NCBI GenBank assembly: GCA_031253655.1 | Contig: JAIRVY010000148.1 | Coordinates: 2,121-66,120 of the forward strand | DNA: 64,000 bases | Reading direction: 5' to 3' | From: Bacteroidales bacterium | GTDB lineage: Bacteria; Bacteroidota; Bacteroidia; Bacteroidales; WCHB1-69 | Shown here: in pieces, positions 1 to 8,500 of the stretch | Position numbering within the stretch: the stretch's first letter is position 1 | How the letters are laid out: every line of letters begins with the position of its first letter | Notes under the pieces: generated by a model | The model's database searches: none | What the model saw: the letters and a program-made list of their open reading frames with translations, nothing else | What the model was told of the DNA's origin: nothing | Translations under genes and position numbers: made by a program

Positions 1-390
1 TGATTGAGTGTCTGTAATATATATAAATGAGAAGTAGTCTTTATTGTTTTTGGCAGTGGTAAATGTACCAATACTACTCCATAAGTTTGCTTTACCCACT
101 CGAAACGAATAAGTAGTATTAGGCGATAAACCTGTAACTACTGCTTTATGCACATTTTGATTGGAATTAGCATTTACAGTTTTGAATGGTGTAAATGCGC
201 CAGTACCGAGCGAAATTTGTACTTGCTCGCCTGTAGTATTGCTTGTGGTAAACCAGTTAAAAGCCATTTTGGTTTTTGGATCATCATAAATGTTCATTAC
301 AATATTGTAGGGAGTTTGAGCAAATACTGATGAACCAACACATAATATACTCGCCAATAATAATATTCTAAAAAATAATTTTCTGTCCAT
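1..390 (-). CDS. Secreted metallophosphoesterase, N-terminal part only (purple-acid-phosphatase-like Fn3 N-domain); runs off the window
   Basis: Hand translation from ATG (complement of 388-390) is open to base 1. It reads MDRKLFFRILLLASILCVGSSVFAQTPYNIVMNIYDDPKTKMAFNWFTT...VTGLSPNTTYSFRVG...FSFIYITDTQS: a signal peptide, a PAP-N-like domain, then the start of a metallophosphatase motif. It is missing from the ORF track because it has no stop in the window. Confidence 0.55.
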   Translation of the reverse strand, partial: MDRKLFFRILLLASILCVGSSVFAQTPYNIVMNIYDDPKTKMAFNWFTTSNTTGEQVQISLGTGAFTPFKTVNANSNQNVHKAVVTGLSPNTTYSFRVGKANLWSSIGTFTTAKNNKDYFSFIYITDTQS

Positions 391-393
391 AAT

Positions 394-1428
394 TTATTGT
401 TTTACGATTTTAGCGTTTCCAATAATTATCCCTTCCGAAAAAACATTAACAATATAACTGCCGTTTTCCAAATGACTTATATTGATTGATGTATTACCTA
501 TAGCATTATGTGCTATGAGTTTTCTGCCATACATATCGTACAGTTTTACTGTAATTTGTAGCGAATCTTTATATTCAATAAATAAAGTATCATTGACAGG
601 ATTAGGATGAATTTTCAGTAGGGGATTATCTATTGGGGTTATTCCTGCACCATCAGAATAGGTGAATATCATATAACCACTCAACCATCTATATTCTAAA
701 TTGGTTTCCACTTTAAAGAAAGTACTATCCACGGTATTGTCCCTGCTTTTCAGAATGCCGCCAGAATAACTTATGTCACTATTTTCAAAAGTTGGATTGT
801 TTAACGAAATAGCACATGAATATTCCCCTATTTCGTTTTTATACAGCGTAAGGGGTACATTCTGATGACTTCCACCAAAATTTCCTATATTATTTATACC
901 TGTCAAGTCTAGTTCCGTTAAACTATTGAAATAAAGATATATGTTTTCAAGTCGCGTACAATTTGTTACTACCAGTTTTTTAAAATATGGGTTGTGTGTA
1001 CAACTAATAAATTTCATTTGTTTACAATTTGCTAAATCTAATTCAGTAGTGTTACTTTCATCAAATCCAATGCTTTCCAAGGTTTCTAACTCCGCAAGTG
1101 AAACAATTCCAGTGAGTCCTTTTTTACTCAAACTCAAGCTTGTAATCTTCTTGGGGGTTTCTTCTGTCCATTCGACAAATCCTCTCGACTCTCCCGTTTC
1201 GGGATTATAAAACATTGTCCATGATTCAGGGTTGTCAAAAGTTGCATTCAAACCATTGTTTTTAATTAAGTTATTAATTACTTGCACATCGTAAGGGTCG
1301 TAGATTTGAGCCTTTGTTGTGTTTACCATTACGCCTATAAAAGCGAAAACTAAAATTATTCTGCACATTACCGTGACTTTTTGCTGGCACTTACCATTCT
1401 CAAAAAGATTTAATTTTATTTGTTTCAT
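394..1428 (-). CDS. Leucine-rich-repeat protein with T9SS C-terminal sorting domain
   Basis: Signal peptide; LRR-like L..L.L..C..L repeats; C-terminal IHPNPVNDTLFIEY...YDMYGRKL...NGSYIVNVFSEG...KIVKQ, typical of type A T9SS tails. Confidence 0.75.
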   Translation of the reverse strand: MKQIKLNLFENGKCQQKVTVMCRIILVFAFIGVMVNTTKAQIYDPYDVQVINNLIKNNGLNATFDNPESWTMFYNPETGESRGFVEWTEETPKKITSLSLSKKGLTGIVSLAELETLESIGFDESNTTELDLANCKQMKFISCTHNPYFKKLVVTNCTRLENIYLYFNSLTELDLTGINNIGNFGGSHQNVPLTLYKNEIGEYSCAISLNNPTFENSDISYSGGILKSRDNTVDSTFFKVETNLEYRWLSGYMIFTYSDGAGITPIDNPLLKIHPNPVNDTLFIEYKDSLQITVKLYDMYGRKLIAHNAIGNTSINISHLENGSYIVNVFSEGIIIGNAKIVKQ

Positions 1429-1814
1429 TATAAAAATATTTTATTTGTTTAACGAATACTTACTGAATTTGGCACATTCAAGTCACAAATGCAACTTTTT
1501 TGTTTCGGCGAAATAAGGAGAAATATTCAATTGGAGTCATAAATCCTAATTATTAACCAATTTTTATTTGTCTGTGTGTAATTTTAAAAATTTCATGTTA
1601 ATTTACACCCGATTTAGAAATTTTAATTTTCGCGTATAATATAAAAACAAATTAGTACGAAATAGTACAAAAAAAGACAATATAAAATAGCGATTTACTG
1701 CTATTCTTGATTATCATTTTTCCACAAAATATAGCCCAAATTTGGGTTAGCGCTCAAGGAAAGTTAGTGAAATGCCATAGTAATACGGCGTGGAGCAGCT
1801 TGCCAGAGCGATAG

Positions 1815-1861
1815 GCGTGGAAACCTGATAATCAGACAGGTTGTTTCCACGCTATTTTTTT
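1815..1861 (+). terminator. Intrinsic terminator with no upstream + strand ORF
   Basis: GCGTGGAAAC (1815-1824) pairs with GTTTCCACGC (1843-1852). An inner AACCTG/CAGGTT pairing is also possible. The stem is followed by TATTTTTTT. Confidence 0.7.
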
Positions 1862-1966
1862 GCCAGAATTTTCAGAAAAATAAGTTACAAACTAACAATA
1901 GCATTTTAACAAACCAAAAATTAATTAAGAAGTTGCGCCCGGCACGAATTTAGGGATCTAAAGTCA

Positions 1967-2335
1967 ATGAAAAAAATATCTAAAATATTGGAAGTGCTAC
2001 CTCTTTTCTGTGGCTTATTAATTAGCTCATCTTGCGACAAAGATGTGAAAAATCCATTTATCGGTACGTGGAGATCATCTACTACAGATTATGAAGAATA
2101 TACTTTTGAATCAAATAATAGTTTTGAAGTATTTTTTTCAGATATTTCAGCAACATTTACAGGTATTTACTATTTTGACAAACTTCCCGATGCCATAAAC
2201 AATAGTGCTATATACAGATTAACTTATCAGTTGGGAAGTCAAGATGTACAAATAGAGAAAAATGTTACTTTTCCAAACTCAAGAACAATGGTTATGGGAA
2301 ACGACACGGGAGGCACTACGTATCACAAACAATAG
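1967..2335 (+). CDS. Small lipoprotein, unknown function
   Basis: Signal peptide with lipobox-like LISSSC followed by DKD; 122 aa; no family recognised. Confidence 0.55.
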   Translation: MKKISKILEVLPLFCGLLISSSCDKDVKNPFIGTWRSSTTDYEEYTFESNNSFEVFFSDISATFTGIYYFDKLPDAINNSAIYRLTYQLGSQDVQIEKNVTFPNSRTMVMGNDTGGTTYHKQ

Positions 2336-2417
2336 AAGTTTTTGCAGAATATTGAATGAAACCTTTTAAATATAAACAAACTAGAAGTTGCTCCCGTTAC
2401 GTATTAGGGATTTAATT

Positions 2418-3050
2418 ATGAAAAAAATCTTACTTATTTTAGTTGCGGTAATTATCTTTGGGATTATCGCTCAAGCCCAAGATGTGATTGTTACAACTGA
2501 TGGGAAAAAAATCAATTCAAAAGTTATTGAGGTCAATGAAAACGACATTCGTTACAAACTTTTTGATAATCCATCAGGGCCTACTTACTTCCTGAAAAAA
2601 TCTGAGATTGCTTCCATTTTATATGAAAATGGGCATGTTGATGTTTTTAAAATTTCTCCACTCCCAACTTATTATTATCCGCATCAATATCCTAAACAAG
2701 ATTTGAAAAATGCAAAGGACTTGAGAAATTCTGGTGTCATTCTCTTTTCTGCAGGTATGGCATTCACATTTCCAATTGGACTTTCACTTCTTTTTACACC
2801 TAGCCGATACTATGATCCTTATTCTGGAAGTTATTATTATAATTACAGTCAGATGATTGCGGGTTTTTGTTTTATTGGAATTGGACCAGCTCTTACAGTA
2901 TCGGGAATTGTTATGTGGGCTGTAGGTCAAACACGAATGGATAGGATTAAAAGGTTTAACCCCAACGGTTTTTCATTATTTGAGAATGAAAAAGTTCAGT
3001 TTAACTTGGCAGTTGGTGGAAATTCTATGGGATTAAAATTGAATTTTTAA
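2418..3050 (+). CDS. Membrane protein, unknown function (start moved to ATG 2418)
   Basis: MKKILLILVAVIIFGIIAQAQ signal, then a soluble N-domain and a hydrophobic C-terminal half. The track start at 2388 is a TTG lying inside a conserved upstream motif. Confidence 0.55.
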   Translation: MKKILLILVAVIIFGIIAQAQDVIVTTDGKKINSKVIEVNENDIRYKLFDNPSGPTYFLKKSEIASILYENGHVDVFKISPLPTYYYPHQYPKQDLKNAKDLRNSGVILFSAGMAFTFPIGLSLLFTPSRYYDPYSGSYYYNYSQMIAGFCFIGIGPALTVSGIVMWAVGQTRMDRIKRFNPNGFSLFENEKVQFNLAVGGNSMGLKLNF

Positions 3051-3121
3051 AATAAACAGCCCTTTTTTATAAGAAAAAAAATATTTCTTTGCGCACGAAA
3101 TATTATTAATAATTATTAAGT

Positions 3122-3769
3122 ATGACTAATTCAATTTTAAGTTTATTTACCCCCAAAGAGCCTAAGTTTTGTGCGTTATTAAAACAAATGGCAGAGGTTT
3201 CTGCCGAAGCTGCCATTTTATTACTTGATTGCGTGAAAAATGTTGACTATGAAAAAGTAGTTGAGATTGCAAAACAGATTAAAGTGTATGAGAAGAAAGG
3301 CGATAATACTTTAATTACAATCTTCGATGAATTAAATTCAACTTTTATCACCCCTTTCGACAGAGAAGATATTCACGATTTGGCAAATCGTTTGGATGAT
3401 GTGATGGACTTTATTAACAGTTGCGCAAAAAAGATAATGTTATTTCGACCCAAACATTTGCCCGAAAGTGCTTTGAAATTAGCCCAATTGATAGATAATG
3501 CATCCGATATTGTTCTAAATGCCATAACACAATTGTCGAATATCAAAAAAAATGCAAAAAATATTAGCCGGTTGGTTAATGAATTACATGATATTGAAAA
3601 CAATGCCGATGAGGTTTATGAAGAATTTTTAAGTGATCTGTTTGCAAACGAGAAAGATAGTATTGAAGTTGTTAAATTGAAAGATATATTGCATGAACTT
3701 GAAAAAGCCACTGATGCAACCGAAGATGTGGGAAAAATAATAAAAACAATCATTGTAAAATACGCATAA
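3122..3769 (+). CDS. DUF47 / PhoU-like phosphate transport regulator (PiT accessory protein)
   Basis: 215 aa helical protein with FITPFDREDIHDL and a DATEDVG...IVKYA tail, typical of the DUF47 family. Its stop lies 3 nt before the PiT start. Confidence 0.85.
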   Translation: MTNSILSLFTPKEPKFCALLKQMAEVSAEAAILLLDCVKNVDYEKVVEIAKQIKVYEKKGDNTLITIFDELNSTFITPFDREDIHDLANRLDDVMDFINSCAKKIMLFRPKHLPESALKLAQLIDNASDIVLNAITQLSNIKKNAKNISRLVNELHDIENNADEVYEEFLSDLFANEKDSIEVVKLKDILHELEKATDATEDVGKIIKTIIVKYA

Positions 3770-3772
3770 GTT

Positions 3773-4789
3773 ATGACTTTTTTAATTATTATCATTGCTT
3801 TAGCGCTTATTTTCGATTTTATCAACGGCTTTCACGATGCGGCAAATTCCATTGCGACAATTGTTACTACTAAGGTGTTAACTCCTTTTCAAGCAGTTTG
3901 CTGGGCAGCATTTTTTAATTTCATTGCTTTCTTTGTTGCTAAGGATTTAATTGGAGAATTTGGGGTTGCCAATACGGTATCGAAAGCAGTAATTGAAGAT
4001 TTTGTTACCTATCCGGTTATTTTTTCAGGACTAATTGCTGCAATATCCTGGAATTTACTCACATGGTGGTGGGGTATTCCTTCTTCATCTTCCCATACAT
4101 TGATTGGTGGGTTTGCGGGCGCTGCTATTATGAGTTTTGGTTTTCAAGCCATTAAAAGTTCTATAATCTTAAAAATTGCTGCTTTCATATTTCTCGCTCC
4201 AATTATTGGAATGATCATTGCCATGACTTTAACTATGCTGATAAATAATATTTGTGTAAGGATGAATCCACATAAAGCCAATATCTGGTTTAAACATCTG
4301 CAATTAGTTTCTTCTGCCATGTTCAGCATCGGGCACGGATTAAATGATGCTCAAAAAGTAATGGGAATTATTGGTGCAGCCTTAATTGTTGCCTATAAAT
4401 CAGGATTTCATTTTGGCATTAGCAGCATTTCAGAATTACCTATGTGGGTAGCGCTTTCTTGTCACATTGCCATTGCATTGGGCACCATGTCAGGAGGTTG
4501 GCGAATAGTAAAAACAATGGGTACAAGAATTACGAGAGTTACACCTTTGGAAGGCGTTGCAGCAGAGACAGCCGGAGCCTTTACATTATACCTTATGGAA
4601 TTTTTAAAAATCCCTGTGAGCACCACACATACCATTACAGGCGCCATTATGGGAGTTGGAGCAACAAAACGCCTCTCTGCCGTGCGCTGGGGAGTAAGTA
4701 AGAGACTTTTGACAGCCTGGATACTGACCATTCCTGTGAGTGCTCTGCTTGCCGCATTGATTTACCTTGTGGTGAGTTTGTTTATGTAA
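3773..4789 (+). CDS. pit: Inorganic phosphate transporter, PiT (PHO4) family
   Basis: GFHDAANSIAT and GLNDAQKVMGII signature repeats; polytopic membrane protein. Confidence 0.9.
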   Translation: MTFLIIIIALALIFDFINGFHDAANSIATIVTTKVLTPFQAVCWAAFFNFIAFFVAKDLIGEFGVANTVSKAVIEDFVTYPVIFSGLIAAISWNLLTWWWGIPSSSSHTLIGGFAGAAIMSFGFQAIKSSIILKIAAFIFLAPIIGMIIAMTLTMLINNICVRMNPHKANIWFKHLQLVSSAMFSIGHGLNDAQKVMGIIGAALIVAYKSGFHFGISSISELPMWVALSCHIAIALGTMSGGWRIVKTMGTRITRVTPLEGVAAETAGAFTLYLMEFLKIPVSTTHTITGAIMGVGATKRLSAVRWGVSKRLLTAWILTIPVSALLAALIYLVVSLFM

Positions 4790-5187
4790 AAATAATTTTC
4801 GAAAATTCCAAATTGGCAGCCACTAACGAATGTGCTTGTTAAGTTTTTGAATTAATTCTCATATTGTGCCTCCTAAATATAAATCTTTTTTTAAAGGAGC
4901 CATGTTTTATATTGCGTTAGGCATGGGTGGTTCAGTTGAAAAGTGAAAAAAATAATCATAAATAATATATTTATTCATAACGAAACTTTTGTATTTTCGC
5001 CGAACTAAGAAAAAAGAATGAAAAAACGTTTTGAAGTAAATTATTAGATGAAGTTCAAAATACACTCACTGGAAAAATCGGAACGCCGGAACGTTACGGT
5101 AGAAATCTTATTAAGAGTTTTTACCGGATTGAGAGCAAAGGTGAAACTGCAAGTTGAATTACCCGATGTTTATGTAAATTTCTAATA

Positions 5188-6345
5188 ATGAGTAACAAAA
5201 CGGCACATACCGCTCACAAGAAACAGGTTAGTATTAAAGAAGTTTCTACAAAAAAAGAATTTAACATTTTTTTCGATTTTCCTTATCAACTGTTTAAAAA
5301 TGATAAGATGTGGATTCCACCGATGTTGGCTGAGGAAAAAGCAACTTTTAATCCTGAAATTAATCCGGCTTTTGAGCACTGTACCGCAAAAATGTTCTTT
5401 GCTTATAGAGGCAATGAGATAGTAGGAAGAATTGCAGGAATTATCAATCCGAAAGTGAACGAAAGGTGGAACCAGCGACGTGTGCGCTTTGGGTGGTTCG
5501 ATTTTATTAACGATAAAGAAGTGGCTCAGAAACTGTTACTTGCTGTTGAGGAATGGGGAAAATCAGAGGGGATGTCAGAAATCGTGGGTCCGCAAGGGTT
5601 TTGTAATATGGATAGAGCCGGAATGCTTATTGAGGGTTTTGATGTTGAACCTCCGGGGGGATGCTACTATAACCCACCCTATTACCCGCAAATTTTAGAT
5701 GAATTAGGCTATATAAAAGAAGTGGATACTGTTCAGTATGAACTGCCCGGATATCAAGAAGTTCCTGAAAAAGTGCAGAGAGTTAACAATCTGATTAAAG
5801 AAAAATATAACCTTAAAATTGTAGAGGGTTTGTCGAAAAAAGAAGTAATGAGACGTTACGGAGTGAAATTCTTTGAATCGTTGAACACAACCTACCAAGA
5901 CTTGTTTGGTTTTGTGCCGCTTACCGAAAAACAGATTCCCTACTATATTAAACAGTATTTTCCATATCTCAATCTAAAAATGTCCTGCTTTATAGTGGAT
6001 GAAAATGACGATATTGTAGGATTTGGAATCTCTATGCCATCGCATTCACAAGCACGCAAAAAAGGAAAAGGCAAACTTTTTCCTTTCGGTTGGTACTACC
6101 TTTTTAAAGCACTTAACAAATACGATAAGATAGACCTCTACCTTACGGGCGTTACGCCTGAATGGCAAAACAAAGGAATACACACCCTCTATCACGCAGT
6201 TTTGAATCAAAATTATATTGATTTGGGAGTAAAAATCGCTATCACCAACCCGCAACTGGAAAACAACGACGCACACTGGATATGGCTAAAATATAATAGT
6301 AAAGTGGTGATAAGGAGAAGAATCTATTTTCGTGATATTTATTGA
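5188..6345 (+). CDS. Hypothetical protein, possibly a GNAT-fold acyltransferase-like enzyme
   Basis: 385 aa soluble protein. N-terminal F..FPYQLF..D..WIPPM...NP.F.H...FFAY..NEIVGRIAGIIN resembles a family I recall being annotated as GNAT-like; not verified. Confidence 0.45.
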   Translation: MSNKTAHTAHKKQVSIKEVSTKKEFNIFFDFPYQLFKNDKMWIPPMLAEEKATFNPEINPAFEHCTAKMFFAYRGNEIVGRIAGIINPKVNERWNQRRVRFGWFDFINDKEVAQKLLLAVEEWGKSEGMSEIVGPQGFCNMDRAGMLIEGFDVEPPGGCYYNPPYYPQILDELGYIKEVDTVQYELPGYQEVPEKVQRVNNLIKEKYNLKIVEGLSKKEVMRRYGVKFFESLNTTYQDLFGFVPLTEKQIPYYIKQYFPYLNLKMSCFIVDENDDIVGFGISMPSHSQARKKGKGKLFPFGWYYLFKALNKYDKIDLYLTGVTPEWQNKGIHTLYHAVLNQNYIDLGVKIAITNPQLENNDAHWIWLKYNSKVVIRRRIYFRDIY

Positions 6346-6440
6346 TACCTTTCCGATGTTTTTATTACATTTTTTTTGTACTGAAAAATAATTTTAACGA
6401 TTTCTTTACGTTGTTGCAAAAGTAAAATGGCTACTACAAT

Positions 6441-7403
6441 ATGTTGAACAAACGATTTACTTTTCTTACGCTTTTTTGCTTGCTTTGCGGTCTTTCCTAT
6501 GCCCAAGAGTACTCTGCAAAAGCAAAATTGGATTCCGCACACATACTTATCGGCGATTATTTGAATATAAATTTAGAAGTTACCGCCCCCAAAGGTAAAC
6601 CTGTGTTCATCCCGCTACTAAACGATAAAATTCTTCAGGAAGCGGAAGCCCCATTCGATTGGATTTCCAGTTCCAATTTCGATACACTGTGGAATAATGA
6701 TTACTACATTATAAAACAGACAATTACAATAACTGCCTTTGATTCAGGAAGGTATGTATTTCCTGCCATTCCTGTATTCGACATTGATTCACAAATGGTT
6801 GCACACACCAATCCGCTCTATTTTGATGTTTCCACAGTTGCCGTGGACACAACCGCCGCTTTCAAGGATATAAAGGATATTTCAAGAATAAATTTTACAT
6901 TTCGCGAATTGTGGATGTATGTAAAAAAATATTCTTTGTTTATTTTGGCCGGTTTGCTAGTGCTTGGATTAATAATTTATCTTGTTTGGCGATATGTTAA
7001 AAAGAAGCAGACACAAAAACCATTACCTTTGGAGAAGCCCAAACCAAAAATCAAACCTCATATCACTGCTTTGAAAGAATTAGAGAAATTGCGACAAAAG
7101 AAACTGTGCGAACAAGGCAAAACCAAAGAATTCTACACCGAACTAACCGATATTATTAGAATCTATATTGAAGACCTGTGGAATATCGGCGCTATGGAGA
7201 TGGTAACTACAGAAATTATGGAAGCACTGAAAAAAATCTCCATTCATGAAGAAGTTTTGAAAAAAGTGCATCAGGCATTTTCTATTGCCGATTTGGTAAA
7301 ATTTGCTAAATACTCCCCCCTTCCCACCGACCACGACCTATCATTCAGAAATTGCAAGGAATTTGTAGAACGTACAGCGGAAGTAGCTATTGAGAATAAA
7401 TAA
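6441..7403 (+). CDS. BatD-like N-domain / DUF4381-like membrane protein
   Basis: Signal peptide, beta-rich ectodomain, one TM (LFILAGLLVLGLIIYLVW), then a C-terminal ALKELEKLRQKKL...ADLVKFAKYSP segment like the small protein usually found upstream of batA. Confidence 0.5.
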   Translation: MLNKRFTFLTLFCLLCGLSYAQEYSAKAKLDSAHILIGDYLNINLEVTAPKGKPVFIPLLNDKILQEAEAPFDWISSSNFDTLWNNDYYIIKQTITITAFDSGRYVFPAIPVFDIDSQMVAHTNPLYFDVSTVAVDTTAAFKDIKDISRINFTFRELWMYVKKYSLFILAGLLVLGLIIYLVWRYVKKKQTQKPLPLEKPKPKIKPHITALKELEKLRQKKLCEQGKTKEFYTELTDIIRIYIEDLWNIGAMEMVTTEIMEALKKISIHEEVLKKVHQAFSIADLVKFAKYSPLPTDHDLSFRNCKEFVERTAEVAIENK

Positions 7404-7482
7404 ATAATTAAGAATAATAAATTAAAAAAAAAGTAACTATTGAACTATTAAACTTTTATCTTTAATCCTTACACTTTACTCA

Positions 7483-8484
7483 ATGAACACAATAACCTCT
7501 TATTTTCAGGGTATAGAGTTTGCAAATCCCCATTATTTCTTGCTGCTGTTGTTGATTATTCCGGTGGCTGCGTGGCTCTACTTCTTTCGCAATAATATGC
7601 AAGCCTATTTTACTGTGCCAACATCTGAGAGTTTTAAAACAATTGCAAAAACTTGGAAAATACGTTTGCGTTGGCTACCTGTTTGCTTACTTCTTATCTC
7701 TTATGTAGTATTTATTGTTGCATTAGCGCGTCCTCAAACATCCTTCCGGCTCAGTGATGTTGAAGTGGAAGGAGTAGATATTGTACTTGCTTTGGACATT
7801 TCCGGCTCTATGAAGGCGATGGATTTTCGTCCTAACCGATTGGAAGCCTGTAAAAAAGTTGCCCAAGAGTTTATTTTGGGCAGACCTACGGACCGAATCG
7901 GATTAGTAGTATATGCCGGGGAGGCATACACGCAATGCCCTGTTACCAGCGATCATAATACACTTCTTGGGTTGTTGCAAAAAGTTAAGTTTGACATTAT
8001 TGAAGATGGTACAGCTATTGGCGATGGTTTGGGCACAGCCATTAACCGTTTGCGTGAAAGTGAGGCTAAAAGTAAAATCATCATTCTGCTTTCCGATGGT
8101 GTTAACAACAGAGGATATGTTGATCCCTATTCTGCTGCGGAAATTGCTAAGAATATGAACATTAAGGTTTATACAATCGGAGCTGGAACCAACGGGCAAG
8201 CTCCCTACCCTACACAATATGGAACAATGCTGATAAATACTGAAATAGATGAGCGTTTGTTACAAAGTATTGCCAATGAAACCGGTGGAAAATATTTCCG
8301 CGCTACCAATAACGATAAGCTGAAGGCGGTTTATGAAGAGATTGATAAAATGGAAAAAACTATCCTCAATGAAACCATTTTTGAAAATAAAGCCGATGCT
8401 TTTCTCACATTCCTGCTAACAGGAGTAATTTTGTTGATTATCTATATCTTGTTAAGATACACGATATTTAGAGTAAATCCGTAG
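7483..8484 (+). CDS. batA: VWA-domain membrane protein, BatA-like
   Basis: Two N-terminal TMs, MIDAS motif DIVLALDISGSM, a VWA fold and a C-terminal TM. Confidence 0.8.
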   Translation: MNTITSYFQGIEFANPHYFLLLLLIIPVAAWLYFFRNNMQAYFTVPTSESFKTIAKTWKIRLRWLPVCLLLISYVVFIVALARPQTSFRLSDVEVEGVDIVLALDISGSMKAMDFRPNRLEACKKVAQEFILGRPTDRIGLVVYAGEAYTQCPVTSDHNTLLGLLQKVKFDIIEDGTAIGDGLGTAINRLRESEAKSKIIILLSDGVNNRGYVDPYSAAEIAKNMNIKVYTIGAGTNGQAPYPTQYGTMLINTEIDERLLQSIANETGGKYFRATNNDKLKAVYEEIDKMEKTILNETIFENKADAFLTFLLTGVILLIIYILLRYTIFRVNP

Positions 8485-8500
8485 TTATTGGACCCGTATT

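Noticed and set aside
148-330. A 60-aa + strand ORF at the left edge.
   Set aside because: It overlaps the better-supported - strand partial metallophosphoesterase CDS (1..390), which has a signal peptide and a PAP-N-like domain.
1741-1861. Possibility that the orphan terminated RNA is the SRP (4.5S) RNA or another housekeeping ncRNA.
   Set aside because: I could not find the conserved SRP domain IV pattern (GGAA-type tetraloop flanked by the AGCA/GNAR symmetric loop) or any other housekeeping RNA signature. It is kept only as an unclassified candidate in the findings.
2388-2417. N-terminal extensions implied by non-ATG track starts (2388 TTG, 23307 TTG, 48054 GTG, 50647 GTG, 54225 TTG, 57993 GTG).
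   Set aside because: In each case an in-frame ATG followed by a canonical signal peptide, TM anchor or conserved N-terminus lies downstream. The extensions are AT-rich and overlap upstream genes or motifs.
4794-4807. Perfect 14-nt palindrome AATTTTCGAAAATT just after the pit stop, considered as a terminator.
   Set aside because: It has no loop, an almost entirely A/T stem and no following T-run, so it is not a credible intrinsic terminator. It might be a protein-binding palindrome, but there is no supporting evidence.
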